A DNA stretch of 64,000 bases from Squalus acanthias (lineage: Eukaryota): positions 93,868,001 to 93,932,000 of the forward strand of contig CM059436.1 in the NCBI GenBank assembly GCA_030390025.1, in the 5' to 3' direction. Positions within the stretch are counted from its first letter, which is position 1. Each line of letters starts with the position of its first letter. The notes below the pieces were generated by a model. That model was not told where the DNA came from and searched no databases. It saw only the letters and a list, made by a program, of their open reading frames with translations. Positions 23,417 through 38,392 of this stretch are shown in pieces. A program made the position numbers and the translations under genes.

Positions 23417-24795
23417 AAATAGGTAGTATCATGGGGTTCCTGGCAAGGTGCGAGAGCAGTCTCCTAAAGCCATGGTGACAAATCACAGCACTCCTATCGA
23501 TTCTGAATACGAAAAGACAGCACCTTGGAAGGGCTCTAAATCAACCGGAATCGCTGTTGAAACCACCAGAAAATTGAGCGCAACAGGCAGCGCTCGTTTC
23601 AACTGCAAATCCTGCATGATATGCAATTCATAGTGAACATTGCATTGTGGGCAAACTATTTCCTCCGGGTTAAAGTCGGAGCTCAATGTCTTGCACAGAA
23701 GCTGCGTTGAATGCTAAAGTCGCAGGCACGCCTGGTCACACTTTGAACTCCAAAACATTTGTGTCAAAATGCTAAATGCTTTTCTATGTTTTAGCTTGGG
23801 GATTGGTTGCTTTAATTCAATCACAGTCCAAAAAGAGCTAAAGAACCAGAACACTGACAGAAATAACACCCTTGCTTAACTGCGTACAATGTTTCGTCGT
23901 TGACCGTCGCCTGTCACCAGTCGCCTGTCACTATTTCTTTCTTATGTTCTTAGCAGCTTGCCTGAGGAAGGAGCGAAGCCGCACCAATTCAAAAGAAACA
24001 TTTCTTCAGGTTATGTGTGTGATTGGCAGCTAAATTCGAATGGACAGGACAATTTTTTAATTGAAAAACAATAGGCCTTCATGTCAATGACTTTTACTTG
24101 GAACCTTCAAAGACAATCCATCTGGGATCCCTGAAGAGTGTCAAATAAATAGATAGCTCCCATAGCTGTTGAGAAAAGCCAAAGAGATCCTTACATATGG
24201 CGATGGATTGCAAGCAGTTTAGCAGAGAGTTGCAGACCATGTATTGTTTTCCCCTACACAGGGAGCTCGTAAAGTTGAACATGAACTGTGAAAAGGAAGG
24301 TGTTAATTTCCCGTTATTTCCTTGCTTGCTCAGTAGTGTGCAATACATTGGTTTGGCAGTTGAAAACTCATAAGAAAGCGTAGTTTTCTGCTTCGTTTCA
24401 GCATCCACGGTATTTTGCATTTGTAGGAGTGTTGTGCTGCTGCTTTGAAGACAAGGAACTCGGGATAGATGCGGTATTTAAAGCAATCTAAGGACTTTGT
24501 TTTCATTATCACAGGCATGCTTTACAGAGCTATCAAGGGCATGCGAAGACTCTCTCGAGAACATGGGAAGCGATGGCTCAGCTACCAGAGCAATGAGAAA
24601 CACAAGCCTAAAAGATCCAGAGTGAAAAGAGCTACCAACGTAACGCTATCTACATTCAGCAGCTTTTTTTGGGTCAATTTTGCACTTCTGAAAGCCTGCT
24701 GACGTCACAACAATGCTTGAACACTCAAGCCTCTTACAAACAGCAATCAAAGTACTAAGCACTTGACTTCTATTATTTTCCACACATGATGGGCA

Positions 24796-24909
24796 AACCC
24801 GACTATGTCAGGCATTAAAAAAATTCTTTCAATCTCTAAACAATTCTCTCCACGGAAATCTTTTCGTAAAAGGCGAAAGATTTATACGATATGAAGAGAA
24901 CTTAGAGTT
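24796..24909 (-). ncRNA. RNU5: U5 snRNA, copy 5
   Basis: U5 with several 1-nt indels; G after loop 1. Confidence 0.9.
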
Positions 24910-26300
24910 AAATAGGTAGTATCATGGGGTTCCTGGCAAGGTGCGAGAGCTGTCTCCTAAAGCCATGGTGACAAATCAACAGCACTCCTATCGATTCTGA
25001 ATACGAAAAGACAGCAACTTGAAGGGCTCTAAATCACCGGAATCGCTGTTGAAACCACCAGAAAATTGAGCGCAACAGGCAGCGCTCGTTTCAACTGCAA
25101 ATCCTGCATGATATGCAAATTCATAGGTGAACATTGCATTGTGGGCAAACTTATTTCCTCCGGGTTAAAGTCGGAGCTCAATGTCTTGCACAGAAGCTGC
25201 GTTGAAATGCTAAAGTCGCAGGGCACGCCTGGTCACACTTTGAACTCAAAAACATTTGTGTCAAAATGCTAATTGCTTTTCTATGTTTTAGCTTGGGATT
25301 GGTTGCTTTAATTCAATCACAGTCCAAAAAGAGCTAAAGAACCAGAATCACTGACAGAAATAACACCCCTTGCTTAACTGCGTACAATGTTTCGTCGTTG
25401 ACGTCGCCTGTCACCAGTCGCCTGTCACTATTTCTTTCTTATGTTCTTAGGCAGCTTGCCTGAGGAAGGAGCGAAGCCGCACAATTCAAAAGGAAACATT
25501 TCTTCAGGTTATGTGTGTGATTGGCAGCTAAATTTGAATGGAATGGACAATTTTTTAATTGAAAACAATAGGCCTTCATGTCAATGACTTTTACTTGGAA
25601 CCTTCAAAGACAATCCATCTGGGATCCCTGAAGGTGTCAAATAAAATAGATTAGCTCCCATAGCTGTTGAGAAAAGCCAAAGAGATCCGTTACATATGGG
25701 CGATGGATTGCAGCAGTTTAGCAGAGAGTTGCAGACCATGTATTGTTTTCCCCCTACACAGGGAGCTCGTAAAGTTGAACATGAACTGTGAAAAGGTAGG
25801 TGTTAATTTCCCGTTATTTCCTTGCTTGCTCAGTAGTGTGCAATACATTGGTTTTGGCAGTTGAAAACTCATAAGAAAGAGTAGTTTTCTGCTTCGTTTC
25901 AGCATCCACGGTATTTTGCATTTGTAGGAGTGTTGTGCTGCTGCTTTGAAGGACAAGGAACTCGGGATAGATGCGGGTATTTATATGCAATCTAGGACGT
26001 TGTTTTCATTATCACAGGCATGCTTACAGAGCTATCAGGGCATGCGAAGACACCTCTCGAGAACATGGGAAGCGATGGCTCAGTACCAGAGCAATGAGAA
26101 ACACAAGCTAAAAGCATCCAGAGTGAAAAGAGCTAACCAACGATAACGCTATCTACATTCAGCAGCTTTTTTTGGGTCAATTTTGCACTTCTGAAAGCCT
26201 GCTGACGTCACAACAATGCTTGAACACTCAAGCCTCTTACAAACAGCAATCAAGTACTAAGCACTTGACTTCAATTCTATTTTTCCACACTTGATGGCAA

Positions 26301-26412
26301 AACCCGACTAATGTCAGGCATTAAAAAAATTCTTCAATCTCTAAACAATTCTCTCCACGGAAATCTTTAGTAAAAGGCGAAAGTTTATACGATATGAAGA
26401 GAACTTAGAGTT
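26301..26412 (-). ncRNA. RNU5: U5 snRNA, copy 6
   Basis: U5 with three 1-nt deletions. Confidence 0.9.
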
Positions 26413-27803
26413 AAATAGGTAGTATCATGGGGTCATCTGGCAAGGTGCGAGAGCTGTCTCCTAAAGCACATGGTGACAAATCAACAGCACTCCTATCGAT
26501 TCTGAATACGAAAAGACAGCAACTTGAAGGGCTCTAAATCACCGGAATCGGCTGTTGAAACCACCAGAAAATTGTGCGCAACAGGCAGCGCTCGTTTCAA
26601 CTGCAAATCCTGCATGATATGCAAATCATAGGTGAACATTGCATTGTGGGCAAACTTATTTCCTCCGGGTTAAAGTCGGAGCTCAATGTCTTGCACAGAA
26701 GCTGCGTTTGAAATGCTAAAGTCGCAGGCACGCCTGGTCACACTTTGAACTCCAAAACATTTGTGTCAAAATGCTAAATGCTTTTCTATGTTTTAGCTTG
26801 GGATTGGTTTGCTTTAATTCAATCACAGTCCAAAAAGAGCTAAAGAACCAGAATCACTGACAGAAATAACACCCTTGCTTAACTGGCGTACAATGTTTCG
26901 TCGTTGACGTCGCCTGTCACCAGTCGCCCTGTCACTATTTCTTTCTTATGTTCTTAGGCAGCTTGCCTGAGGAAGGAGCGAAGCCGCACAATTCAAAAGG
27001 AAACATTTTCTTCAGGTTATGTGTGTGATTGGCAGCCTAAATTTGAATGGAATGGACAATTTTTTAATTGAAACAATAGGCCTTCATGTCAATGACTTTA
27101 CTTGGAACCTTCAAAGACAATCCATCTGGGATCCCTGAAGAGTGTCAAATAAAATAGATAGCTCCCATAGCTGTTGAGAAAAGCCAAAGAGATTCCGTTA
27201 CATATGGCGATGATTGCAAGCAGTTTAGCAGAGAGTTGCAGACCATGTATTGTTTTCCCCTACACAGGGAGCTCGTAAAGTTGAACATGAACTGTGAAAA
27301 GGTAGGTGTTAATTTCCCGTTATTCCTTGCTTGCTCAGTAGTGTGCAATACATTGGTTTGGCAGTTGAAAACTCATAAGAAAAGAGTAGTTTTCTGCTTC
27401 GTTTCAGCATCCACGGTATTTTGCATTTGTAGGAGTGTTGTGCTGCTGCTTTGAAGACAAGGAACTCGGGATAGATGCGGTATTTAAAGCAATCTAAGGA
27501 CGTTGTTTTCATTATCACAGGCATGCTTACAGAGCTATCAGGGCATCGCGAAGACACTCTCGAGAACATGGGAAGCGATGGCTCAGCTACCAGAGCAATG
27601 AGAAACACAAGCTAAAAGCATCCAGAGTGAAAAGAGCTACCAACGTAACGCCTATCTACATTCAGCAGCTTTTTTTGGTCAATTTTGCACTTCTGAAAGC
27701 CTGCTGACGTCACAAACAATGCTTGAAACACTCAAGCCTCTTACAAACAGCAATCAAAGTACTAAGCACTTGACTTCTATCTATTTTTCCACACTTGATG
27801 GCA

Positions 27804-27917
27804 AACCCGACTAATGTCAGGCATTAAAAAATTCTTTCAATCTCTAAACCAATTCTCTCCACGGAAATCTTTAGTAAAAGGCGAAAGATTTATACGATAT
27901 GAAGAGAACTTAGAGTT
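27804..27917 (-). ncRNA. RNU5: U5 snRNA, copy 7
   Basis: U5; Sm U-run one base shorter. Confidence 0.93.
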
Positions 27918-29292
27918 AATAGGTAGTATCATGGGGTTCTGGCAAGGTGCGAGAGCTGTCTCCTAAAGCCATGGTGACAAATCAACAGCACTCCTATCGA
28001 TTCTGAATACGAAAAGACAGCAACTTGAAGGGCTCTAAATCACCGGAATCGCTGTGAAACCACCAGAAAATTGAGCGCAACAGGCAGCGCTCGTTTCAAC
28101 TGCAAATCCTGCATGATATGCAAATTCATAGGTGAACATTGCATTGTGGGCAAACTTATTTCCTCCGGGTTAAAGTCGGAGCTCAATGTCTTGCACAGAA
28201 GCTGCGTGTGAAATGCTAAAGTCGCAGGCACGCCTGGTCACACTTTGAACTCCAAAACATTTGTGTCAAAATGCTAAATGCTTTTCTATGTTTTAGCTTG
28301 GGATTGGTTGCTTTAATTCAATCACAGTCCAAAAAGAGCTAAAGAACCAGAATCACTGACAGAAATAACACCCTTGCTTAACTGCGTACAATGTTTCGTC
28401 GTTGACGTCGCCTGTCACCAGTCGCCTGTCACTATTTCTTTCTTATGTTCTTAGGCAGCTTGCCTGAGGAAGGAGCGAAGCCGCACAATTCAAAAGGAAA
28501 CATTTCTTCAGGTTATGTGTGTGATTGGCAGCTAATTTTGAATGGAATGGACAATTTTTTAATTGAAACAATAGGCTTCATGTCAATGACTTTTACTTGG
28601 AACCTTCAAAGACAATCCATCTGGGATCCCTGAAGAGTGTCAATAAAATAGATAGCTCCCATAGCTGTTGAGAAAAGCCAAAGAGATCCGTTACATATGG
28701 CGATGGATTGCAAGCAGTTTAGCAGAGAGTTGCAGACCATGTATTGTTTTCCCCTACACAGGGAGCTCGTAAAGTTGAACATGAACTGTGAAAAGGTAGG
28801 TGTTAATTTCCCGTTATTTCCTTGCTTGCTCAGTAGTGTGCAATACATTGGTTTGGCAGTGAAAACTCATAAGAAAGAGTAGTTTTCTGCTTCGTTTCAG
28901 CATCCACGGTATTTTGCATTTGTAGGAGTGTTGTGCTGCTGCTTTGAAGGACAAGGAACTCGGGATAGATGCGGTATTTAAGCAATCTAAGGACGTTGTT
29001 TTCATTATCACAGGCATGCTTACAGAGCTATCAGGGCATGCGAAGACACTCTCGAGAACATGGGAAGCGATGGCTCAGCTACCAGAGCAATGAGAAACAC
29101 AAGCTAAAAGCATCCAGAGTGAAAAGAGCTACCAACGTAAGCTATCTACATTCAGCAGCTTTTTTTGGGTCAATTTTGCACTTCTGAAAGCCTGCTGACG
29201 TCACAACAATGCTTGAACACTCAAGCCTCTTACAAACAGCAATCAAAGTACTAAGCACTTGACTTCTGTCTATTTTTCCACACTTGATGGCA

Positions 29293-29406
29293 AACCCGAC
29301 TAATGTCAGGCATTCAAAAAATTCTTTCAATCTCTAAACCAATTCTCTCCACGGAAATCTTTCGTAAAAGGCGAAAGATTTATACGATATGAAGAGAACT
29401 AGAGTT
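29293..29406 (-). ncRNA. RNU5: U5 snRNA, copy 8
   Basis: U5; Sm AAUUUUUUGAA; G after loop 1. Confidence 0.93.
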
Positions 29407-30790
29407 AAATAGGTAGTATCATGGGGTTCCTGGCAAGGTGCGAGAGCTGTCTCCTAAAGCCATGGTGACAAATCAACAGCACTCCTATCGATTCTGAATA
29501 CGAAAAGACAGCAACTTGAAGGGCTCTAAATCACCGGAATCGCTGTTGAAACCACCAGAAAATTGAGCGCAAGAGGCAGCGCTCGTTTCAACTGCAATCC
29601 TGCATGATATGCAAATTCATAGGTGAACATTGCATTGTGGGCAAACTTATTTCCTCCAGGGTTAAAGTCGGGAGCTCAATGTCTTGCACAGAAGCTGCGT
29701 TGAAATGCTAAAGTCGCAGGCACGCCTGGTCACACTTTGAACTCCAAAACATTTGTGTCAAAATGCTAAATGCTTTTCTATGTTTTAGCTTGGGATTGGT
29801 TGCTTTAATTCAATCACAGTCCAAAAAGAGCTAAAGAACCAGAATCACTGACAGAAATAACACCCTTGCTTAACTGCGTACAATGTTTCGTCGTTGACGT
29901 CGCCTGTCACCAGTCGCCTGTCACTATTTCTTTCTTATGTTCTTAGGCAGCTGCCTGAGGAAGGAGCGAAGCCGCCACAATTCAAAAGGAAACATTTCTT
30001 CAGGTTATGTGTGTGATTGGCAGCTAAATTTGAATGGAATGGACAATTTTTTAATGAAAACAATAGGCCTTCATGTCAATGACTTTTACTTGGAACCTTC
30101 AAAGACAATCCATCTGGGATCCCTGAAGAGTGTCAAATAAAATAGATAGCTCCCATAGCTGTTGAGAAAAGCCAAAGAGATCCGTTACATATGGCGATGG
30201 ATTGCAAGCAGTTTAGCAGAGTGTTGCAGACCATGTATTGTTTTCCCCTACACAGGGAGCTCGTAAAGTTGAACATGAACTGTGAAAAGGTAGGTGTTAA
30301 TTTCCCGTTATTTCCTTGCTTGCTCAGTAGTGTGCAATACTTGGTTTGGCAGTTGAAAACTCATAAGAAAGAGTAGTTTTCTGCTTCGTTTCAGCATCCA
30401 CGGTATTTGCATTTGTAGGAGTGTTGTGCTGCTGCTTTGAAGACAAGGAACTCGGGATAGATGCGGTATTTAAAGCAATCTTAAGGACGTTGTTTTTCAT
30501 TATCACAGGCATGCTTACAGAGCTATCAGGGCATGCGAAGACACTCTCGAGAACATGGGAAGCGATGGCTCAGCTACCAGAGCAATGAGAAACACAAGCT
30601 AAAAGCATCCAGAGTGAAAAGAGCTACCAACGTAACGCTATCTACATTCAGCAGCTTTTTTTGGGGTCAATTTTTGCACTTCTGAAAGCCTGCTGACGTC
30701 ACAACAATGCTTGAACACTCAAGCCTCTTACAAACAGCAATCAAAGTACTAAGCACTTGACTTCTGTCTATTTTTCCACACTTGATGGCA

Positions 30791-30905
30791 AACCCGACTA
30801 ATGTCAGGCATTAAAAAAATTCTTTCAATCTCTAAACCAATTCTCTCCACGGAAATCTTTAGTAAAAGGCGAAAGATTTATACGATATGAAGAGAACTTA
30901 GAGTT
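30791..30905 (-). ncRNA. RNU5: U5 snRNA, copy 9
   Basis: Full U5; Sm AAUUUUUUUAA. Confidence 0.95.
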
Positions 30906-32285
30906 AAATAGGTAGTATCATGGGGTTCCTGGCAAGGTGCGAGAGCTGTCTCCTAAAGCCATGGTGACAAATCAACAGCACTCCTATCGATTCTGAATAC
31001 GAAAAGACAGCAACTTGAAGGGCTCTAAATCACCGGAATCGCTGTTGAAACCACCAGAAAATTGAGCGCAACAGGCAGCGCTCGTTTCAACTGCAAATCC
31101 TGCATGATATGCAAATTCATAGGTGAACATTGCATTGTGGGCAAACTTATTTCCTCCGGGTTAAAGTCGGAGCTCAATGTCTTGCACAGAAGCTGCGTTG
31201 AAATGCTAAAGTCGCAGGCACGCCTGGTCACACTTTGAACTCCAAAACATTTGTGTCAAATGCTAAATGCTTTTCTATGTTTTAGCTTGGGATTGGTTGC
31301 TTTAATTCAATCACAGTCCAAAAAGAGCTAAAGAACCAGAATCACTGACAGAAATAACACCCTTGCTTAACTGCGTACAATGTTTCGTCGTTTGACGTCG
31401 CCTGTCACCAGTCGCCTGTCACTATTTCTTTCTTATGTTCTTAGGCAGCTTGCTGAGGAAGGAGCGAAGCCGCACAATTCAAAAGGAAACATTTCTTCAG
31501 GTTATGTGTGTGATTGGCAGCTAAATTTGAATGGAATGGACAATTTTTTAATTGAAAACAATAGGCCTTCATGTCAATGACTTTTACTTGGAACCTTCAA
31601 AGACAATCCATCTGGGATCCCTGAAGAGTGTCAAATAAAATAGATAGCTCCCATAGCTGTTGAGAAAAGCCAAAGAGATCCGTTACATATGGCGATGGAT
31701 TGCAAGCAGTTTAGCAGAGAGTTGCAGACATGTATTGTTTTCCCCTACACAGGGAGCTCGTAAAGTTGCACATGAACTGTGAAAAGGTAGGTGTTAATTT
31801 CCCGTTATTTCCTTGCTTGCTCAGTAGTGTGCAATACATTGGTTTGGCAGTTGAAAACTCATAAGAAAGAGTAGTTTTCTGCTTCGTTTCAGCATCCACG
31901 GTATTTTGCATTTGTAGGAGTGTTGTGCTGCTGCTTTGAAGACAAGGAACTCGGGATAGATGCGGTATTTAAAGCAATCTAAGGACGTTGTTTTCATTAT
32001 CACAGGCCTGCCTACAGAGCTATCAGGGCATGCGAAGACACTCTCGAGAACATGGGAAGCGATGGCTCAGCTACCAGAGCAATGAGAAACACAAGCTAAA
32101 GCATCCAGAGTGAAAAGAGCTACCAACGTAACGCTATCTACATTCAGCAGCTTTTTTTTGGGTCAATTTTGCACTTCTGAAAGCCTGCTGACGTCACAAC
32201 AATGCTTGAACACTCAAGCCTCTTACAAACAGCAATCAAAGTACTAAGCACTTGACTTCTATCTATTTTTCCACACTTGATGGCA

Positions 32286-32399
32286 AACCCGACTAATGTC
32301 AGGCATTAAAAAAATTCTTTCAATCTCTAAACCAATTCTCTCCACGGAAATCTTTCGTAAAAGGCGAAAGATTATACGATATGAAGAGAACTTAGAGTT
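32286..32399 (-). ncRNA. RNU5: U5 snRNA, copy 10
   Basis: U5; Sm AAUUUUUUUAA; G after loop 1. Confidence 0.93.
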
Positions 32400-33782
32400 A
32401 AATAGGTAGTATCATGGGGTTCCTGGCAAGGTGCGAGAGCTGTCTCCTAAAGCCATGGTGACAAATCAACAGCACTCCTATCGATTCTGAATACGAAAGA
32501 CAGCAACTTGAAGGGCTCTAAATCACCGGAATCGCTGTTGAAACCACCAGAAAATTGAGCGCAAGAGGCAGCGCTCGTTTCAACTGCAAATCCCTGCATG
32601 ATATGCAAATTCATAGGTGAACATTGCATTGTGGGCAAACTTATTTCCCTCCGGGTTAAAGTCGGAGCTCAATGTCTTGCACAGAAGCTGCGTTGAAATG
32701 CTAAAGTCGCAGGCACGCCTGGTCACACTTTGAACTCCAAAACATTTGTGTCAAAATGCTAAATGCTTTTCTATGTTTTAGCTTGGGATTGGTTGCTTTA
32801 ATTCAATCACAGTCCAAAAAGAGCTAAAGAACCAGAATCACTGACAGAAATAACACCCTTGCTTAACTGCGTACAATGTTTCGTCGTTGACGTCGCCTGT
32901 CACCAGTCGCCTGTCACTATTTCTTTCTTATGTTCTTAGGCAGCTTGCCTGAGGAAGGAGCGAAGCCGCACAATTCAAAAGGAAACATTTCTTCAGGTTA
33001 TGTGTGTGATTGGCAGCTAAATTTGAATGGAATGGACAATTTTTTATTGAAAACAATAGGCCTTCATGTCAATGACTTTTACTTGGAACCTTCAAGACAA
33101 TCCATCTGGGATCCCTGAAGAGTGTCAAATAAAATAGATAGCTCCCATAGCTGTTGAGAAAAGCCAAAGAGATCCGTTACATATGGCGATGGATTGCAAG
33201 CAGTTTAGCAGAGAGTTGCAGACCATGTATTGTTTTCCCCTACACAGGGAGCTCGTAAAGTTGAACATGAACTGTGAAAAGGTAGGTGTTAATTTCCCGT
33301 TATTTCCCTTGCTTGCTCAGTAGTGTGCAATACATTGGTTTGGCAGTTGAAAAACTCATAAGAAAGAGTAGTTTTCTGCTTCGTTTCAGCATCCACGGTA
33401 TTTTGCATTTGTAGGAGTGTTGTGCTGCTGCTTTGAAGACAAGGAACTCGGGATAGATGCGGTATTTAAAGCAATCTAAGGACGTTGTTTTCATTATCAC
33501 AGGCATGCTTACAGAGCTATCAGGGCATGCGAAGACACTCTCGAGAACATGGGAAGCGATGGTCAGCTACCAGAGCAATGAGAAACACAAGCTAAAAGCA
33601 TCCAGAGTGAAAAGAGCTACCAACGTAACGCTATCTACATTCAGCAGCTTTTTTTGGGTCAATTTTGCACTTCTGAAAGCCTGCTGACGTCACAACAATG
33701 CTTGAACACTCAAGCCTCTTACAAACAGCAATCAAAGTACTAAGCACTTTGACTTCTGTCTATTTTTCCACACTTGATGGCA

Positions 33783-33897
33783 AACCCGACTAATGTCAGG
33801 CATTAAAAAAATTCTTTCAATCTCTAAACCAATTCTCTCCACGGAAATCTTTCGTAAAAGGCGAAAGATTTATACGATATGAAGAGAACTTAGAGTT
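33783..33897 (-). ncRNA. RNU5: U5 snRNA, copy 11
   Basis: U5; Sm AAUUUUUUUAA; G after loop 1. Confidence 0.95.
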
Positions 33898-35279
33898 AAA
33901 TAGGTAGTATCATGGGGTTCCTGGCAAGGTGCGAGAGCTGTCTCCTAAAGCCATGGTGACAAATCAACAGCACTCCTATCGATTCTGAATACGAAAAGAC
34001 AGCAACTTGAAGGGCTCTAAATCACCGGAATCGCTGTTGAAACCACCAGAAAATTGAGCGCAAGAGGCAGCGCTCGTTTCAACTGCAAATCCTGCATGAT
34101 ATGCAAATTCATAGGTGAACATTGCATTGTGGGCAAACTTATTTCCTCCGGGTTAAAGTCGGAGCTCAAATGTCTTGCACAGAAGCTGCGTTGAAATGCT
34201 AAAGTCGCAGGCACGCCTGGTCACACTTTGAACTCCAAAACATTTGTGTCAAAATGCTAAATGCTTTTCTATGTTTTAGCTTGGGATTGGTTGCTTTAAT
34301 TCAATCACAGTCCAAAAAGAGCTAAAGAACCAGAATCACTGACAGAAATAACACCCTTGCTTAACTGCGTACAATGTTTCGTCGTTGACGTCGCCTGTCA
34401 CCAGTCGCCTGTCACTATTTCTTTCTTATGTTCTTAGGCAGCTTGCCTGAGGAAGGAGCGAAGCCACACAATTCAAAAGGAAACATTTCTTCAGGTTATG
34501 TGTGTGATTGGCAGCTAAATTTGAATGGAATGGACAATTTTTTAATTGAAAACAATAGGCCTTCATGTCAATGACTTTTACTTGGAACCTTCAAAGACAA
34601 TCCATCTGGGATCCCTGAAGAGTGTCAAATAAAATAGATAGCTCCCATAGCTGTTGAGAAAAGCCAAAGAGATCCGTTACATATGGCGATGGATTGCAAG
34701 CAGTTTAGCAGAGAGTTGCAGACCATGTATTGTTTTCCCCTACACAGGGAGCTCGTAAAGTTGAACATGAACTGTGAAAAGGTAGGTGTTAATTTCCCGT
34801 TATTTCCTTGCTTGCTCAGTAGTGTGCAATACATTGGTTTGGCAGTTGAAAACTCATAAGAAAGAGTAGTTTTCTGCTTCGTTTCAGCATCCACGGTATT
34901 TTGCATTTGTAGGAGTGTTGTGCTGCTGCTTTGAAGACAAGGAACTCGGGATAGATGCGGTATTTAAAGCAATCTAAGGACGTTGTTTTCATTATCACAG
35001 GCATGCTTACAGAGCTATCAGGGCATGCGAAGACACTCTCGAGAACATGGGAAGCGATGGCTCAGCTACCAGAGCAATGAGAAACACAAGCTAAAAGCAT
35101 CCAGAGTGAAAAGAGCTACCAACGTACGCTATCTACATTCAGCAGCTTTTTTTGGGTCAATTTTGCACTTCTGAAAGCCTGCTGACGTCACAACAATGCT
35201 TGAACACTCAAGCCTCTTACAAACAGCAATCAAAGTACTAAGCACTTGACTTCTGTCTATTTTTCCACACTTGATGGCA

Positions 35280-35394
35280 AACCCGACTAATGTCAGGCAT
35301 TCAAAAAATTCTTTCAATCTCTAAACCAATTCTCTCCACGGAAATCTTTCGTAAAAGGCGAAAGATTTATACGATATGAAGAGAACTTAGAGTT
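35280..35394 (-). ncRNA. RNU5: U5 snRNA, copy 12
   Basis: U5; Sm AAUUUUUUGAA; G after loop 1. Confidence 0.95.
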
Positions 35395-36777
35395 AAATAG
35401 GTAGTATCATGGGGTTCCTGGCAAGGTGCGAGAGCTGTCTCCTAAAGCCATGGTGACAAATCAACAGCACTCCTATCGATTCTGAATACGAAAAGACAGC
35501 AACTTGAAGGGCTCTAAATCACCGGAATCGCTGTTGAAACCACCAGAAAATTGAGCGCAACAGGCAGCGCTCGTTTCAACTGCAAATCCTGCATGATATG
35601 CAAATTCATAGGTGAACATTGCATTGTGGGCAAACTTATTTCCTCCGGGTTTAAAGTCGGAGCTCAATGTCTTGCACAGAAGCTGCGTTGAAATGCTAAA
35701 GTCGCAGGCACGCCTGGTCACACTTTGAACTCCAAAACATTTGTGTCAAAATGCTAAATGCTTTTCTATGTTTTAGCTTGGGATTGGTTGCTTTAATTCA
35801 ATCACAGTCCAAAAAGAGCTAAAGAACCAGAATCACTGACAGAAATAACACCCTTGCTTAACTGCGTACAATGTTTCGTCGTTGACGTCGCCTGTCACCA
35901 GTCGCCTGTCACTATTTCTTTCTTATGTTCTTAGGCAGCTTGCCTGAGGAAGGAGCGAAGCCGCACAATTCAAAAGGAAACATTTCTTCAGGTTATGTGT
36001 GTGATTGGCAGCTAAATTTGAATGGAATGGACAATTTTTTAATTGAAAACAATAGGCCTTCATGTCAATGACTTTTACTTGGAACCTTCAAAGACAATCC
36101 ATCTGGGATCCCTGAAGAGTGTCAAATAAAATAGATAGCTCCCATAGCTGTTGAGAAAAGCCAAAGAGATCCGTTACATATGGCGATGGATTGCAAGCAG
36201 TTTAGCAGAGAGTTGCAGACCATGTATTGTTTTCCCCTACACAGGGAGCTCGTAAAGTTGAACATGAACTGTGAAAAGGTAGGTGTTAATTTCCCGTTAT
36301 TTCCTTGCTTGCTCAGTAGTGTGCAATACATTGGTTTGGCAGTTGAAAACTCATAAGAAAGAGTAGTTTTCTGCTTCGTTTCAGCATCCACGGTATTTTG
36401 CATTTGTAGGAGTGTTGTGCTGCTGCTTTGAAGACAAGGAACTCGGGATAGATGCGGTATTTAAAGCAATCTAAGGACGTTGTTTTCATTATCACAGGCA
36501 TGCTTACAGAGCTATCAGGGCATGCGAAGACACTCTCGAGAACATGGGAAGCGATGGCTCAGCTACCAGAGCAATGAGAAACACAAGCTAAAAGCATCCA
36601 GAGTGAAAAGAGCTACCAACGTAACGCTATCTACATTCAGCAGCTTTTTTTGGGTCAATTTTGCACTTCTGAAAGCCTGCTGACGTCACAACAATGCTTG
36701 AACACTCAAGCCTCTTACAAACAGCAATCAAAGTACTAAGCACTTGACTTCTATCTATTTTTCCACACTTGATGGCA

Positions 36778-36893
36778 AACCCGACTAATGTCAGGCATTA
36801 AAAAAATTCTTTCAATCTCTAAACCAATTCTCTCCACGGAAATCTTTAGTAAAAGGCGAAAGAATTTATACGATATGAAGAGAACTTAGAGTT
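36778..36893 (-). ncRNA. RNU5: U5 snRNA, copy 13
   Basis: U5; 1-nt insertion in stem 1c. Confidence 0.93.
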
Positions 36894-38277
36894 AAATAGG
36901 TAGTATCATGGGGTTCCTGGCAAGGTGCGAGAGCTGTCTCCTAAAGCCATGGTGACAAATCAACAGCACTCCTATCGATTCTGAATACGAAAAGACAGCA
37001 ACTTGAAGGGCTCTAAATCACCGGAATCGCTGTTGAAACCACCAGAAAATTGAGCGCAACAGGCAGCGCTCGTTTCAACTGCAAATCCTGCATGATATGC
37101 CAAATTCATAGGTGAACATTGCATTGTGGGCAAACTTATTTCCTCCGGGTTAAAGTCGGAGCTCAATGTCTTGCACAGAAGCTGCGTTGAAATGCTAAAG
37201 TCGCAGGCACGCCTGGTCACACTTTGAACTCCAAAACATTTGTGTCAAAATGCTAAATGCTTTTCTATGTTTTAGCTTGGGATTGGTTGCTTTAATTCAA
37301 TCACAGTCCAAAAAGAGCTAAAGAACCAGAATCACTGACAGAAATAACACCCTTGCTTAACTGCGTACAATGTTTCGTCGTTGACGTCGCCTGTCACCAG
37401 TCGCCTGTCACTATTTCTTTCTTATGTTCTTAGGCAGCTTGCCTGAGGAAGGAGCGAAGCCACACAATTCAAAAGGAAACATTTCTTCAGGTTATGTGTG
37501 TGATTGGCAGCTAAATTTGAATGGAATGGACAATTTTTTAATTGAAAACAATAGGCCTTCATGTCAATGACTTTTACTTGGAACCTTCAAAGACAATCCA
37601 TCTGGGATCCTGAAGAGTGTCAAATAAAATAGATAGCTCCCATAGCTGTTGAGAAAAGCCAAAGAGATCCGTTACATATGGCGATGGATTGCAAGCAGTT
37701 TTAGCAGAGAGTTGCAGACCATGTATTGTTTTCCCCTACACAGGGAGCTCGTAAAGTTGAACATGAACTGTGAAAAGGTAGGTGTTAATTTCCCGTTATT
37801 TCCTTGCTTGCTCAGTAGTGTGCAATACATTGGTTTGGCAGTTGAAAACTCATAAGAAAGAGTAGTTTTCTGCTTCGTTTCAGCATCCACGGTATTTTGC
37901 ATTTGTAGGAGTGTTGTGCTGCTGCTTTGAAGACAAGGAACTCGGGATAGATGCGGTATTTAAAGCAATCTAAGGACGTTGTTTTCATTATCACAGGCCA
38001 TGCTTACAGAGCTATCAGGGCATGCGAAGACACTCTCGAGAACATGGGAAGCGATGGCTCAGCTACCAGAGCAATGAGAAACACAAGCTAAAAGCATCCA
38101 GAGTGAAAAGAGCTACCAACGTAACGCTATCTACATTCAGCAGCTTTTTTTGGGTCAATTTTGCACTTCTGAAAGCCTGCTGACGTCACAACAATGCTTG
38201 AACACTCAAGCCTCTTACAAACAGCAATCAAAGTACTAAGCACTTGACTTCTATCTATTTTTCCACACTTGATGGCA

Positions 38278-38392
38278 AACCCGACTAATGTCAGGCATTA
38301 AAAAAATTCTTTCAATCTCTAAACCAATTCTCTCCACGGAAATCTTTAGTAAAAGGCGAAAGATTTATACGATATGAAGAGAACTTAGAGTT
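38278..38392 (-). ncRNA. RNU5: U5 snRNA, copy 14
   Basis: Full U5; Sm AAUUUUUUUAA. Confidence 0.95.
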